Shown: piece by piece, positions 1-36,299 of the stretch
Layout: every line of letters begins with the position of its first letter
Numbering within the stretch: the first letter of the stretch is position 1
DNA from: Octopus vulgaris
Lineage: Eukaryota
Length of the DNA stretch: 64,000 bases
Assembly: GCA_951406725.2 (NCBI GenBank)
Contig: OX597816.1
Location: 173,786,001-173,850,000, forward strand
Direction: 5' to 3'
Program-made: the position numbers and the translations under genes
Notes under the pieces: model-generated
What the model saw: only the letters and a program-made list of their open reading frames with translations
What the model was told of the DNA's origin: nothing
The model's database searches: none

Positions 1-238
1 GCCCGGAGGCAATGTGCCTGCACTAACGGAGCTACTACACAATGCGCACAACTAAAGATGGTTGCTGAGAGCAGCACACTTCACCGTTCCTATGAAACCA
101 GTAAATAAACCAGTTGTAAATAGCATTTGCACTTGAAGTCTTCTCTCTTCGCCTGTCGAAGCCTGAACTACATAAAGAACAAAAAGAGATAATGGAAGGA
201 GACAATATTCTCCCAATATCATAAACCTTGACAGCCAT

Positions 239-282
<44 letters not shown>

Positions 283-601
283 CAGTCAGACAGAGAAAGA
301 GTATTGATTGTGACCTCGAATTTCATGTTCTTGACAAATGGCCCACCATTGGTTTCAACCAACAGAACTTTCTACATACTGAATCAGCATTAAATGGCCG
401 AATATTCCACAGACACATGTACTCTTAATCTAATTCAGAGGTAGAATCAATGAGACAGACAATCTATGATATGACCGGTCCTTTTGAAATCCACTTACAG
501 TCTATACAACAGAATTCCTGTTTTCATCTGCCCAATTTCATTCAAGAAACTTCAGTTAACCCCCACCTCCCTCTCTCTCTCTCTCTCTCTCTTCATATAT
601 A

Positions 602-786
602 TACTCTCTCTTTTACTCTTTTACTTGTTTCAGTCATTTGACTGCGGCCATGCTGGAGCACCGCCTTTAGCCGAGCAAATCGACCCTGGGGTCGATTTGC
701 TCGGCTTTATTCTATCGGTCTGTTTTGCCGAACCGCTAAGTGACAGGGACGTAAACACACCAGCAATGCTAGAGAGACAAACACAG

Positions 787-817
<31 letters not shown>

Positions 818-978
818 CATACGGCAGGCTTCTTTCAGTTTCCGTCTACCAAATCCACAAGGCATTGGTCGGCCCGGGGCTATGGTAGAAGACACTTGCC
901 CAAGGTGCCACGCAGTGGGACTGAACCCGGAACCATGTGGCTGGTTAGCAAGCTACTTACCACACAGCCACTCCAGCA

Positions 979-980
<2 letters not shown>
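602..980 (-). mobile_element. tRNA-derived SINE family A (internally deleted copy)
   Basis: Pol III A box TGGCTGTGTGG and B box GGTTCAGTCCC on the minus strand, (AAAGAGT)n tail, many similar copies in the window. Confidence 0.9.
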
Positions 981-1028
<48 letters not shown>

Positions 1029-1160
1029 TGATGGTGTTGGTGGTGGTGGTGGTGGTGATGATGATGATGATGATGTTGGTGGTGATGATGATGATGACGA
1101 TGACGACGATGGTGATGGTGGTGGTGGTGGTGGTGGTGGTGTGTGTGTGTGTGTGTTTGT
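981..1160. repeat. Compound microsatellite (TA)n-(GAT/GGT)n-(GT)n
   Basis: Read directly. Confidence 0.95.
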
Positions 1161-1614
1161 GACCCGCGCGCGAGTGTATAAACATGTATATGTGCATAAA
1201 TGCATATGCGTTATACATACACAAACACACACGATAGACATAATATCCATTATACGCATAATATAAGTGAATATGTAATGGATCTTATATACAACGTACT
1301 TATAAATTCATTAAATATCAAATACATTTTACATTCATATCATATGCTTTATTTTGATACAGAGAGAAAAAGAAAAGAGAGGCAGGACAAACTTTATGTA
1401 TACACAGTTATTGTTCTTGTGTGCGTACGCCGGTATTAAGAGATCAAAGATCAAGAGTTAGTGGGCGGCACCCTTTGAAAACGTTCTGCCCATTGCCACC
1501 CTTTATTGACTTACTGAACACAGATTGCGAATTCTTTTTCTAAGCTGAATTTATTTAATTGCTTTCTTGTGTACGTGTCAAGCCAGCTCTCAGTTTGTTG
1601 TACTTCGGCTGGCT

Positions 1615-26168
<24,554 letters not shown>

Positions 26169-26213
26169 TACTATTCCATTAAAATGATTATGTGGTTCTC
26201 TTTATATTTTTTT

Positions 26214-26219
26214 AATAAA
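26214..26219 (+). terminator. Candidate GALK2 polyadenylation signal AATAAA
   Basis: First AATAAA after the stop codon. The region is AT-rich, so a more distal site (e.g. 28001) is possible. Confidence 0.35.
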
Positions 26220-26606
26220 AGTAAAAATTATATATATATATATATATATTTGAAAATTTGGGGACTAAAAAGTAAAATGTGAGAAAATAATGAATATACA
26301 CATCAAATAGAAAAATATTTTTCTATGGGAATTTATATTATATTGTTATATTACAATAAGTTTACAAAGCTTTCTTAAAATTAAATGGGTAAATATTCCA
26401 CATGACCATCTGTACATACAGAAATGTCTCATGAAGCATCAAGGAAATCCTAGATATAATTATGACAAGATATCTCATGATTAGAACTTAATGGAACTTA
26501 ATGTTTAAACAATTGTGGATTAATTTCAAATTTGATAAATATTATGTATGTATATTTTAAACATGTGGAAGCAGCAAGTTACAAAAAGGCAAATTTTCTC
26601 ATTTAA

Positions 26607-26826
26607 CCCTTTCGTTACTGTATTTATTTTGAGATGCTCTGAGTTTCTTTCAATTATTTTAAATATGACAAAGAATTTAGTAAAATAGCATTGTTATCAT
26701 TAAGCTGGTGTTAGGAACATAAATTGTGACTAAGGTTTGGTGGTAGATTTTAATTCAAAACTTATGAAAACAAGACATTTTACCACGGAGCCAGTGCAGG
26801 TTTTGGCCGGGTTAGTAACAAAAGGG
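26607..26826. mobile_element. piggyBac-type MITE, related subfamily
   Basis: TTAA|CCCTTTCGTTAC...GTAACAAAAGGG|TTAA. Confidence 0.82.
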
Positions 26827-27074
26827 TTAAGAGGGAGTGGTGAATTTTCTTTGTTACATTTTCTCCAATTTCTATAATTTAAATGATACAACTGTAACAT
26901 TTGGTTTATCTTCCTTTTTATATTAATAATTCAAGAGATTCATGTAAAGTAGGGAATTGAAGTGCCTTGAAATTTCAGTATTTTATTTTGTGTCTTCACA
27001 TTCCAAATCTTGTTAAGTATGAACTTCTTTGTTTTTGATAAAATAAGTAACCTGTTGGGGCAAGTGAAATCGAA

Positions 27075-27504
27075 ATTGAACCAATCCTATGACTGGCACC
27101 CGGCAGATGCCAGGACCCCTGGACTGGTGGTACGTAAAAAGCACTATCCAAATCGTGGCCGATGCCAGCGCCGCCTCGACTGGCTTCCGTGCCGGTGGCA
27201 CGTAAAAAGCACCATCCAAATCGTGGCCGATGCCAGCGCCGCCTTGACTGGCTTCTGTGCCGGTGGCACGTAAAATGCACCGATCCGACCGTGGCCGTTG
27301 CCAGCCTCGCCTGGCACCTGTGCAGGTGGCACGTAAAAAGCACCCACTACACTCACGGAGTGGTTGGCGTTAGGAAGGGCATCCAGCTGTAGAAACATTG
27401 CCAGATAAGACTGGAGCCTGGTAAAGCCTTCTGGTTTCCCAGATCCCCGGTCGAACCGTCCAACCCATGCTAGCATGGAGAACGGACGTTAAACGATGAT
27501 GATG
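27075..27504 (+). mobile_element. SINE family C, four internal modules
   Basis: Modules start at 27126, 27194, 27262 and 27325; (GAT)n tail. Confidence 0.88.
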
Positions 27505-28979
27505 AAGTAACAATTATGCACCAATAGGAGCAAAGATTTCAATTTCCTACAGCCTTCTGCAAATATGTTGCCTTGTCCCAATGTTCAGAAAATAGTATTG
27601 CAGATGGCAAAAGATAATGAAGCAAAAGAAATGGTTGATTTTCAGATTAATTCCTTACAGTAATTAATTTTGTCAAATCTTATTAAGCTTAACTTTAAGG
27701 TGGGGTTGATTAATTATCAGTTAAATTCTAGAGTTGATTTAATTATATAGACATCAAGCCAATGAGGAAGCTTCCACATAGTGGCTTAATCCACTAGAAA
27801 CAGTGACCATATTTTCCTCATATCATACTGTATTATCTTTAAAAAGAGGACACATTGTTTAATTTCAATTAGTCTTAATCATCATAAGGTGTCATATTTC
27901 CAAATATCTTCATTTGTCCCAGTCTGATTTGAACTAAAATTTGGTGCCAATCAGGCTGAACTGATCAAAACATTGTGTAAATATAAATATGTATTTTGAA
28001 AATAAAGATTTTCATCTGGGATATTATCATTACTCAATAGTCTGAAAACTTAATTCGTTTAAACAAATGTTTTTTATACGTCTCATGAATATATCTGAAG
28101 ACAAAAAATAATTTAGAGAAACATTTCGCATTTTTTTGCTTTTATAAAACAGCTGCATCAAGAGGTGCAAATCCCTAATTGTAGAAGGGACATGTGGAAG
28201 GGGTAAGCCCAGTAAGATGTGAGACAAAGTGGTGAGAAAAGATCTGCAGACATTGGGACTCAGAGGGGATGACAGGCAACCGAGACTCCTGGTGGTTCGC
28301 TGTGCTTGAAATGACACATCAGAATAAGTAAAAGCATGGTTGTCCTTGCATATGTTGGTTTGGATGATGTGGCTGTCAACATATTCTCCCTTATCCTCTC
28401 CAACTCCTTCAACCCAATGTCTCTGAGTCTTGTCATACAAGTGTTCTCTTCAGTGATGACAGGAAAAACTAGGGTGTACATATCCCACTTTCTTCTGTCA
28501 TCACTATCTGCAATTCAGTCTCCTGCTCACACTGCACTGAATGAACAGACACAATATAGCATAGAGTAAGGCCTAGTATTAGAGGGCAGAAGGCAACCCC
28601 AACAGTGCTGCTGCCATGATAAAATGCACCCAGTACTCTATAAACTGGATGGTAAACAGAGATAGCATAGGATTGAGAGGACCCTTTCGTCTTGTTGGTT
28701 TCATAAACTCTATAGTACTGACACCATGATAAAACATACAATCCACTCTGCAAAGTGGTTGGTATAGGAAGAGTATTCAGCTAAGGAAACCAAGGTAAAA
28801 TTAATCACATAAAATTCATAGTCCTCCAACTTATCTAAGAGGGCAATAAATCCAAATAAGAACAAACACTGTGATGACCTGTGGGATGGACAAAAATGGA
28901 TGTCAAGCAAATTTAATCTATGCTATTTAGTTCCATCTTGGATACACATTTGGACTGTGTGGAGCTAGCTGTTAGAAGA

Positions 28980-31120
28980 GGGAGTGTGCAAAAGCCTTGC
29001 AAACCTGCTCAGACACTTTCAGTCATCTGAGCAGTACTGACTGGGGTTTTCCAAATGTACTGGTGTAGACATGGACAAACCACAGGTCATATCTAGATAG
29101 AATATTTTGCAGGCCAATTGATAAGGATTGTATAAGTTGTCCACTTTTTAAAATTAACAGCTACACAGACCACAAATTTGGGATCTGCACAGTCAACTTA
29201 GACGTCATTGTGGGGGATCTGGGTACTGGAAGCTGAACACATCATTCCTGATGTGCCAAACTTATAGGGACCAAATTAACAAATTAGTTAAGTTGGCATT
29301 GGTGGCTCAGTTGTCAACAACAAATGGTGTGTTTGCCCTGAAAAGAGCAATTAGAGTAAAATTGATAAGGTTTAGTAAGACATTAGTGATAGAAAGGAAT
29401 AAAATAGAGTGAAACTTGGAAACTTAGAAGCGGTACTTAGGAAAGGTATTGCAACCAATGTGCTGGTGGTGATTCTTCATTGCTGGACCAATTCTTCAAT
29501 GCGAAGCATGAAGGATGCATTGTCAGAGCATGCTCAAGAAAATGAGAGAGCAAAAGCCGCTTGATGGGCCACAATAGCAGAGGCCCACTGTGACAACAAA
29601 GCCACAATTCAGTCTTTGGTGAGCCAAAATGGTTGCATGGTACTTGAGCCTTAGTAGATGTGAGTGGCACTTCAACAGCACTTCAGTGATCAAAGTAAAC
29701 AGCCACCTATCGGAACCATTTTGCATTGCATGTTCGGTCCATCAGGACTGCCCACTGCCACCTTTTCTGTATTTGCTGGCTCTCAAGTCAATGTTGTGGA
29801 AGCTGGAACAGTTGAGGGGCATCCCTTTTGAACTGGGACTCAAGAGGGCAGTGTCAGTGTATGCAGAAGATGTCACCATCATTGTGTCGGATGCTTCCAA
29901 AGTGGAGATGGTCAGCTTCATTGCAAAGGAGTATGAGTCGGTTGCAGGGGTCAAAATCAATGCTGACAAGTTAGTGAGCTTGTGAAGGAGCACCTAGAGA
30001 GGCAGATCGATGCCATCAGATGGTGTTGTCAGACACTGGACTGACAAACCAGTTAAACTATCTGGGGTTGGGTTTGGTCCCAACCTCCAGGTGGATAAGA
30101 ACTGGGATGAATAGGATGGCCAGTCTTACTCAGAAATGGGCAAAGGTGGTGAATGCCTACATTGTCCCCATCATCATTTATTGCCTGATCATTGTGCCTT
30201 GTCCCTATTATTGTTTGATTAGGTTGGAGCATTTCCTGTTTATTTTCTTGTGGAATGAATACATTCCACTGGTCAGGCAGTCAATCTACTGTCAGCACCT
30301 GTTGCATGGTGGCTTAGGGATGCCATGGCTTCTGATGTGCAGACATGTGCTCAGGTTGCACCACCTGCAAAGATTTCTTGATGCTGAGCATATATGGGCT
30401 CCATTTGGGAGACACATTTTTCTGCAGCTCAAGTCTTAGACAGAGCTGCAGTCTTAGGTGAAGGATTGACTGAGACTGGGTGTCTGGCACCTAGAATGTC
30501 ACCAGGCACTCAGGCAATAGGATCAGTGGATCTTCCACTTTAGCTGCATATAGAGGATTAGTGGCAGGGAAGTGCAGCATCCTCGGGGAGACCCTGGGTG
30601 TTGATGAAAATAAACAGTCTAGTCTGTTCCAGTGAACTTTTTGGTCAGGGACTACTATAGATAATTTTCAGACGTCTTTGGCCAGGGAAGTACTACCAGT
30701 TCAGGATAAACTCCATCGGCTCAGATGTGCTGTCAGACAGGCTTGACCAAGGTGCACGTAGAGTAACAAAACAATTCTGCATGCCTTCATTCAGTATCTG
30801 GGCATTGATGGCTTGTGGAGTTATGTTGAACAGCTGTTGTCACATGTGGGACAGACCCTTCTGTCAGCTGAGTTTATAGTGATGATTGCCCTGCTGCCCT
30901 CCAGCGGTTGTGGCAAAAGAGATTTTCTGGTGGACAAGGCTGAAAGGAATGATGACAGAGACATTCCCCTATGGTAGAGCTGACATCAACTGTTTCAAGT
31001 TTTACTTGAAAAGGAAAGGGTGGAGAGGGAGGTGTTGTCCTCGAGTGAATTTATTAAAAGGTGAATGAAAGTTGTGAAAATGGCTTGAGTGGGTCGTACC
31101 ACTCTGAGTGTAAACCTGTG
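28980..31120 (+). mobile_element. Decayed L1/Tx1-clade LINE ORF2
   Basis: RT-like remnants SVHQDCPLPPFLY, VYAEDVTIIV, KINADK and GGLGMP, with stops and frameshifts. Confidence 0.8.
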
Positions 31121-31522
31121 TATATGTAGTTAAAAACTTTAACACTTGTATAAGTTGGCTGTTGTCAATGCTTTTTCTGCAACCACTATCATCACTTGCT
31201 ACATTATCAAAAGTCAACCAAAAATATGGATATAAACTCTCGTTTTATCTTTTGGGAGTTTATGTTCTATTTTTACAGCATCAGCAGTGTTGGCTGACAA
31301 GTCAGAAAGGGATTGCTATTTCATCTACAGTGTTACCTATGCAAGTATGGAAGAACAGAGGTAAAAATGAAGGCAATGATGATGATGATGATGAATCTGG
31401 TCGAAGAAGGAAGAAAAGAAGTGGTAGGAAACAAGATGTGATTATTTGGCCACACTTTACATAAAAAGAGTATTATTTTTAGGCCAGGTCATCTCATATA
31501 TTATTCACATCACTGGCCAAAG

Positions 31523-31576
31523 TCAGTGCTTGTCTATTAGTTCTGCAATCGCCATTCTGATCTTCAAATTTTCAGC
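31523..31576 (-). CDS. Possible terminal FAM227 exon
   Basis: Strong acceptor tttgtcttttccag|. Reads RLKI* if phase 2, or AENLKIRMAIAELIDKH* if phase 0. Confidence 0.25.
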   Translation of the reverse strand, partial: AENLKIRMAIAELIDKH

Positions 31577-31714
31577 CTGGAAAAGACAAACCAACATTGT
31601 ATAAGGATTTCTTTTGACTATGGAAGCAAGATGTCAGCAAATTAAGTTTTTAGATAAATATATTTCAAACAGAATGCGAACCTATAGATGAAAGTTTGTA
31701 ACAGCTACTATGTT

Positions 31715-31911
31715 TCTCTTGTACCTGTATTTCAAAGGGCCGGCCTTGTCACTCTCTGTGTCACACTGAATATCCCCAAGAACTACGTTAAGAGTACACG
31801 TGTCTGTGGAGTGCTCAGCCACTTACACGTTAATTTCACGAGCAGGCTGTTCTGTTGATTCGGATCAACCGGAACCCTTGTCGTCATAACCGACAGAGTG
31901 CTTCCATCCAC
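31715..31911 (+). mobile_element. SINE family B 3' half
   Basis: Matches 60436-60633. Confidence 0.85.
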
Positions 31912-31914
31912 TGC

Positions 31915-33200
31915 AAATCTTCCACAAACACTACACTACTTTCTCTGTTAATATTTTGGAATTCCACTACACTTCCTGTATATCCATTGTTTGTAGTATT
32001 TCTTTCAAGCATAGAACCAAACTATATCTAACCTACTTTAATTCTGTTTCTAATTAACTAGACTATAACCCTTTCTATAACTTTCATGACCTGCTTCAGC
32101 AATTTGATATCACAGTAATTACTTCTGTTTAAGGCCATACATACTTTGGGGTGTACACCTCTTCCCCAACACATCAACTAGCTGTTACAACTAGTTTCTA
32201 CCACAACACTCTCTTTTACTCTTTTACTCGTTTCAGTCATTTGACTGTGACCATGCTGGAGCACCGCCTTTAATCGAGCAACTCGACCCCGGGACTTATT
32301 CTTTTGTAAGCCCAGTACTTATTCTATCAGTCTCTTTTGCTGAACCGCTAAGTAACGGGGACATAAACCCACCAGCATCGGTTGTCAAGCAATGCTAGGG
32401 GGACAAACACAGACACACGCATATATATATATATATATGCATATATACAACGGGCTTCTTTCAGTTTCCATCTACCAAATCCACTCACAAGGCATTGGTT
32501 GGCCCGAGGCTATAGTAGAAGACACTTGCCCAAGATGCCACACAGTGGGACTGAACCCAGAACCATGTGGTTGGTAAACAAGCTACTTACCACACAGCCA
32601 CTCCTGCGCCTTGAGAATCTGCCGCAAAATCTTATTTATCCAAAACCAATACATGGAAAGCTTGTAAAAAAAGTATATTCTGACCCATACCAGTCTGTAC
32701 AATCCATATCATAGCATTATCTTCCTTTAGTTATAATTCTCTCCCATCAAATTGGTTGTACTATTGTTGCACTGGTGCCACCACGAATGACTGTCTTTAC
32801 TTCTCATCTGAATATGTGAATTTCAGATGCATTTGCAGCTTCTCATCAAACTTCTAATGATTTGGATATTCTCTCTTTAAAAAATCCTCTTTTGTAAATT
32901 TGTATGTTTGTTTGTTGCAGTCTTTTCTTTGTCTCCTTTGATACTTTTTTTTTGAGAAATATTTGACCCACCTGAGTCTCTGCACTTTCTTTTCATATCC
33001 TCATACAGTTACAAAAGGCTTGTTTTCAAGTTTCCATACCTGAATTTTCCAACTGATGCTCTTTCTTCAACAACCTCTCCTAATATGTTTAATCCTCTCT
33101 TTTTGCCACCAAAGAACTTGGCACCTCAATTTCTTTCCGGTACCTATTGTAACATAGTTTTCAGTGTTTCTAACTTCACTTCACCCTTCAGATTCAAATC
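31915..33200 (-). mobile_element. Decayed RTE LINE RT fragment, interrupted by SINE A
   Basis: Minus-strand NYCDIKLLKQVMKVIERVI..FGSM..RNTT resembles RTE NYRGIKL..QFGFMPGRST. Confidence 0.65.
32208..32610 (-). mobile_element. SINE family A
   Basis: Full-length reverse-complement copy. Confidence 0.9.
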
Positions 33201-33763
33201 AACACAAAAAAAAAAAACCCCACCTAATTGATTATTCAGTATTCTCCATTTGTCCATTCTCCTTTTGTACAAATTGAGGGTCTTCAGTGCAATGGTCTGT
33301 AATCTGACCCAGGAACTCCCACTGTCTCTATATTGTTGGTATGGTTCTGCACTATCAACCTCTCACTATACTATGGATTTGCCTTGTGTACTGCAACATA
33401 TTTTTTTACCATTATTCCTTTTTTCACACGTCTCTCAAATATTTTCAACTTGCAAATCCTTATGTCCCCTAAAAAAATCACCTTTTCAGCATCCCCTCTG
33501 GGCCCCTATCTGATATAATCCAACATGGAAAAAGTATCAGTGGGTGGGTAGTCTTTTTCGTCTGGTAGGCACACACTCACTAAAAGGAATAGAATCTCTT
33601 CTTACTGTCCCTTCTCACTTCTAGCACGCAACTCCACACTATATGAGACCCTGCTTATAATGAGTAACACCAAGGTACTGGTTGGGAATTTATTACCTAA
33701 ATCATAGAGTTAGTGCTGGAAGTGAAGTTGATGCTAACAGCATTACAATAAAAACTGTATTAC

Positions 33764-33846
33764 CTATTCTTATTAACATCATCATAGTTTCTCTGGGAAT
33801 AAAAGAACTCTATAATTTTATTTTGTTCAAAAATATTTTCTCTGGA
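33764..33846 (-). CDS. Putative FAM227 exon downstream of the U12 intron
   Basis: U12-like branch site TTTCCTTAAT (~33854-33863) just upstream. The AC acceptor (exon start 33846) gives PEKIFLNKIKL*. The AG acceptor (start 33841) gives an open 78-nt exon, ENIFEQNKIIEFFYSQRNYDDVNKN-R, ending AG|gtaata. Confidence 0.4.
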
Positions 33847-34656
33847 GTAAGACATTAAGGAAAGGAACAGTAGAAAGGTGTGAAATAAGCCTGAAAGGAT
33901 AAGAAACAGATTCTGTGGCAGTTATTCCATACATTAGCAATCTGACAGCCATCTAACAAATAAGCTGCAAACTTTTAAATATATTCAACTTTGTAGATAT
34001 TTGTTATCAAAAGAGGCATAGAAGGCTACTATATATACTGAAGCCATAGAAAGATAGATATGAGATCAACAATTATAATGAACCTACATAATTTACAATT
34101 AGTTATCAATTAGTATGCAACACTGTAATTGATTAGAGCACAAAATGTTCTTTTAATAAATTTAGGATTCTGCAGTTCATTCTTGACAGATCTTGACTGT
34201 TAGAGATTTCCTGATCATTCCAGTATTGCTCAAGATGCTGAATAGATCTGCTGGTTAACCCATACTTTCAAAATACCCTTTATGTGATCCAGACACTCAA
34301 AGAATTCAATAATCAATGTAGACTTTCAAAGATTCAGACAGTCAATAATCAGTCAAAAGAATCAGTAGCTGTGAAGATTAATCCAAACCAAGATTAAATT
34401 GGTCTCCAATAAAGGTTGAAGAATCAAGATACTCAAATCATTTTCCTTATTACATCCACAGAAATTAATCAGTCACAGTTCTTCTTGAAGAATTAAAATA
34501 TAAAGTGAACACAGTAATTTCCCTTATTCATTGTATGGAATGCAATTTGATTCTCATCAAATTCAAGAAATTGACAGAAAGTGTTCTTCTTTTTAACACT
34601 CACTGCAAGTAATTTTATATTCATCAGAATTGTAATATCACAGCCACTGTGCAGTA

Positions 34657-35050
34657 TCTTTATATATAAAAGAGAGGTTGTGTGCTGTCTGTCTCCTACG
34701 ATATAGATTCCTAACTACTCCCACATTTTGCAGTGCAGTTTAACCAAAACTGGGTATCTTATAGTCGTGATTCATATTGAGCCCTTCTGGGTATTAGCGC
34801 GCATCTACGATGAGTCTACAATTTTAAAAAAATTTACCATCATATTTTTCCCATTTTTAATGCATTTTTGGCATATATAAGGGAAGTAACTCTCTAAAAA
34901 TTTATTATTAAATCTCAGAACGTAAAAAACTACAGTAACCCCCCTTTTGTGGTTAGCCATATTGAGATGGCTATTATACTTTACATCTCTAAAAATGCTT
35001 ATATAGTTATTTCCCTTACAAACCCGAGCAACGCCGGGCGATACTGCTAG
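34657..35050 (+). mobile_element. Non-autonomous Helitron, 394 bp
   Basis: A|TC...CTAG|T, 3' hairpin CCCGAGCAACGCCGGG, paralog of 9264. Confidence 0.85.
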
Positions 35051-35321
35051 TATTTTATAAAACATAAGTAAGAGCAATATTAAACAAAAAGACCATGAAT
35101 TCAAATCTTGTTAGAGCCTTCCTATAACAAGTCCATTCTCTTAGTCTGTCAAGCAGCTGCAAAATATGTGTCTTCATTGCTAATTCATTGTCAAATATAA
35201 AAATGAGCACAGTCTACAAGCTACAGATTTAGGAGTCAATGCAGATGGGTGTGTGGGGTGTGTGGTTAAGAAGCTTGCTTCCCAACCACATGATCTTGGG
35301 TTCAGTCCCAGTATACAACAC

Positions 35322-35598
35322 CTTGCCGAACCGCTAAGTGACGGGACCGTAAACACACCAGCATTGGTTGTCAAGCAATGCTAGGGGGACAAACACAGGC
35401 ACACACACATATATATATATATATATACATATATACGACAGGCTTCTTTCAGTTTCCGTCTACCAAATCCACTCACAAGGCATTGGTCGGCCCGGGGCTA
35501 TAGCAGAAGACACTTGCCCAAGATGTCACGCAGTGGGACTGAACCCGGAACCATGTGGTTGGTTAGCAAGCTACTTACCACACAGCCACTCCTGTGCC
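35322..35598 (-). mobile_element. SINE family A, 3'-truncated, fused to an inverted head at 35250-35325
   Basis: Direct match to family A. Confidence 0.82.
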
Positions 35599-35719
35599 TT
35601 TCTATCAATATTTTTTCAAATTATGTTTGGTTATTCCACCCACATCACTGTACCTTTGTATAGTTGTCTCTTCAGGATTATCTTTTCTCCATATTTCATT
35701 AGATAATGCTCTAGCCACA

Positions 35720-36290
35720 ACATCATCATCATCATTGTTCGACCGTGGTCGAGACAATGGAATTTACCATGCTACGCCGGACTTCACGGTCCATCATGGC
35801 ATTACGGAGGTCCTGTTGCTGGATGCCTGTATCCCTAGAGATTACATCAGGGTAGGAGAGTGTGTGCCCTCTGGTATTGCCAGTAGATGGCTTCCAGAGG
35901 AGAAGAGGAGAAATTACCTCTTTTTCAGCTCTACAACAATGTCCAGCAAACTGGACTCTCCTACCTTTCACAAGAGATGACACAGGTGGTAGTTTCCCAT
36001 ATATTTGCATTTTCGTTGGATGGCGCTTCCACGAGAGATTTTGAGCTCCCATAAGGAGGTGAGTGTAGGTTCCATCCAACCGCCTCTCAAGCTTCTTTGA
36101 TAACGTCCAGGTTTCTGAGCCATGTAGTAGAATTGGTTCGACTATGGCTTTGAAGATTTCAAGTTTGAAGTCTCTACTTAGATTTGATGACCAGATCTTA
36201 TGCATGTCATTACAGGCTGACCAGGCCATACCCTTTCTAGTTAGAAAGTCTTTTCCAGATGATGATATGTATGACCCAAGATATTTGTAA
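35720..36290 (-). mobile_element. RTE/RTEX LINE 3' end with (GAT)n tail
   Basis: 165-aa ORF with ILLHGSETWTL..RLDG..FAGHC. Confidence 0.85.
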
Positions 36291-36299
36291 TCAGAAATT

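Noticed and set aside
35-238. Minus-strand ORF with an acceptor-like site; possible divergent gene such as COPS2, the human upstream neighbour
   Set aside because: No similarity to COPS2 that I can recognise, and all frames after the acceptor stop early. It could be non-coding, but that is unsupported.
484-1259. Several 60-134 aa ORFs upstream of GALK2
   Set aside because: They lie within SINE A and microsatellites; the same peptides recur at every SINE copy.
27126-27345. Regularly spaced repeats resembling a CRISPR array
   Set aside because: The intervening segments are homologous to each other, the context is eukaryotic, and there are no cas genes.
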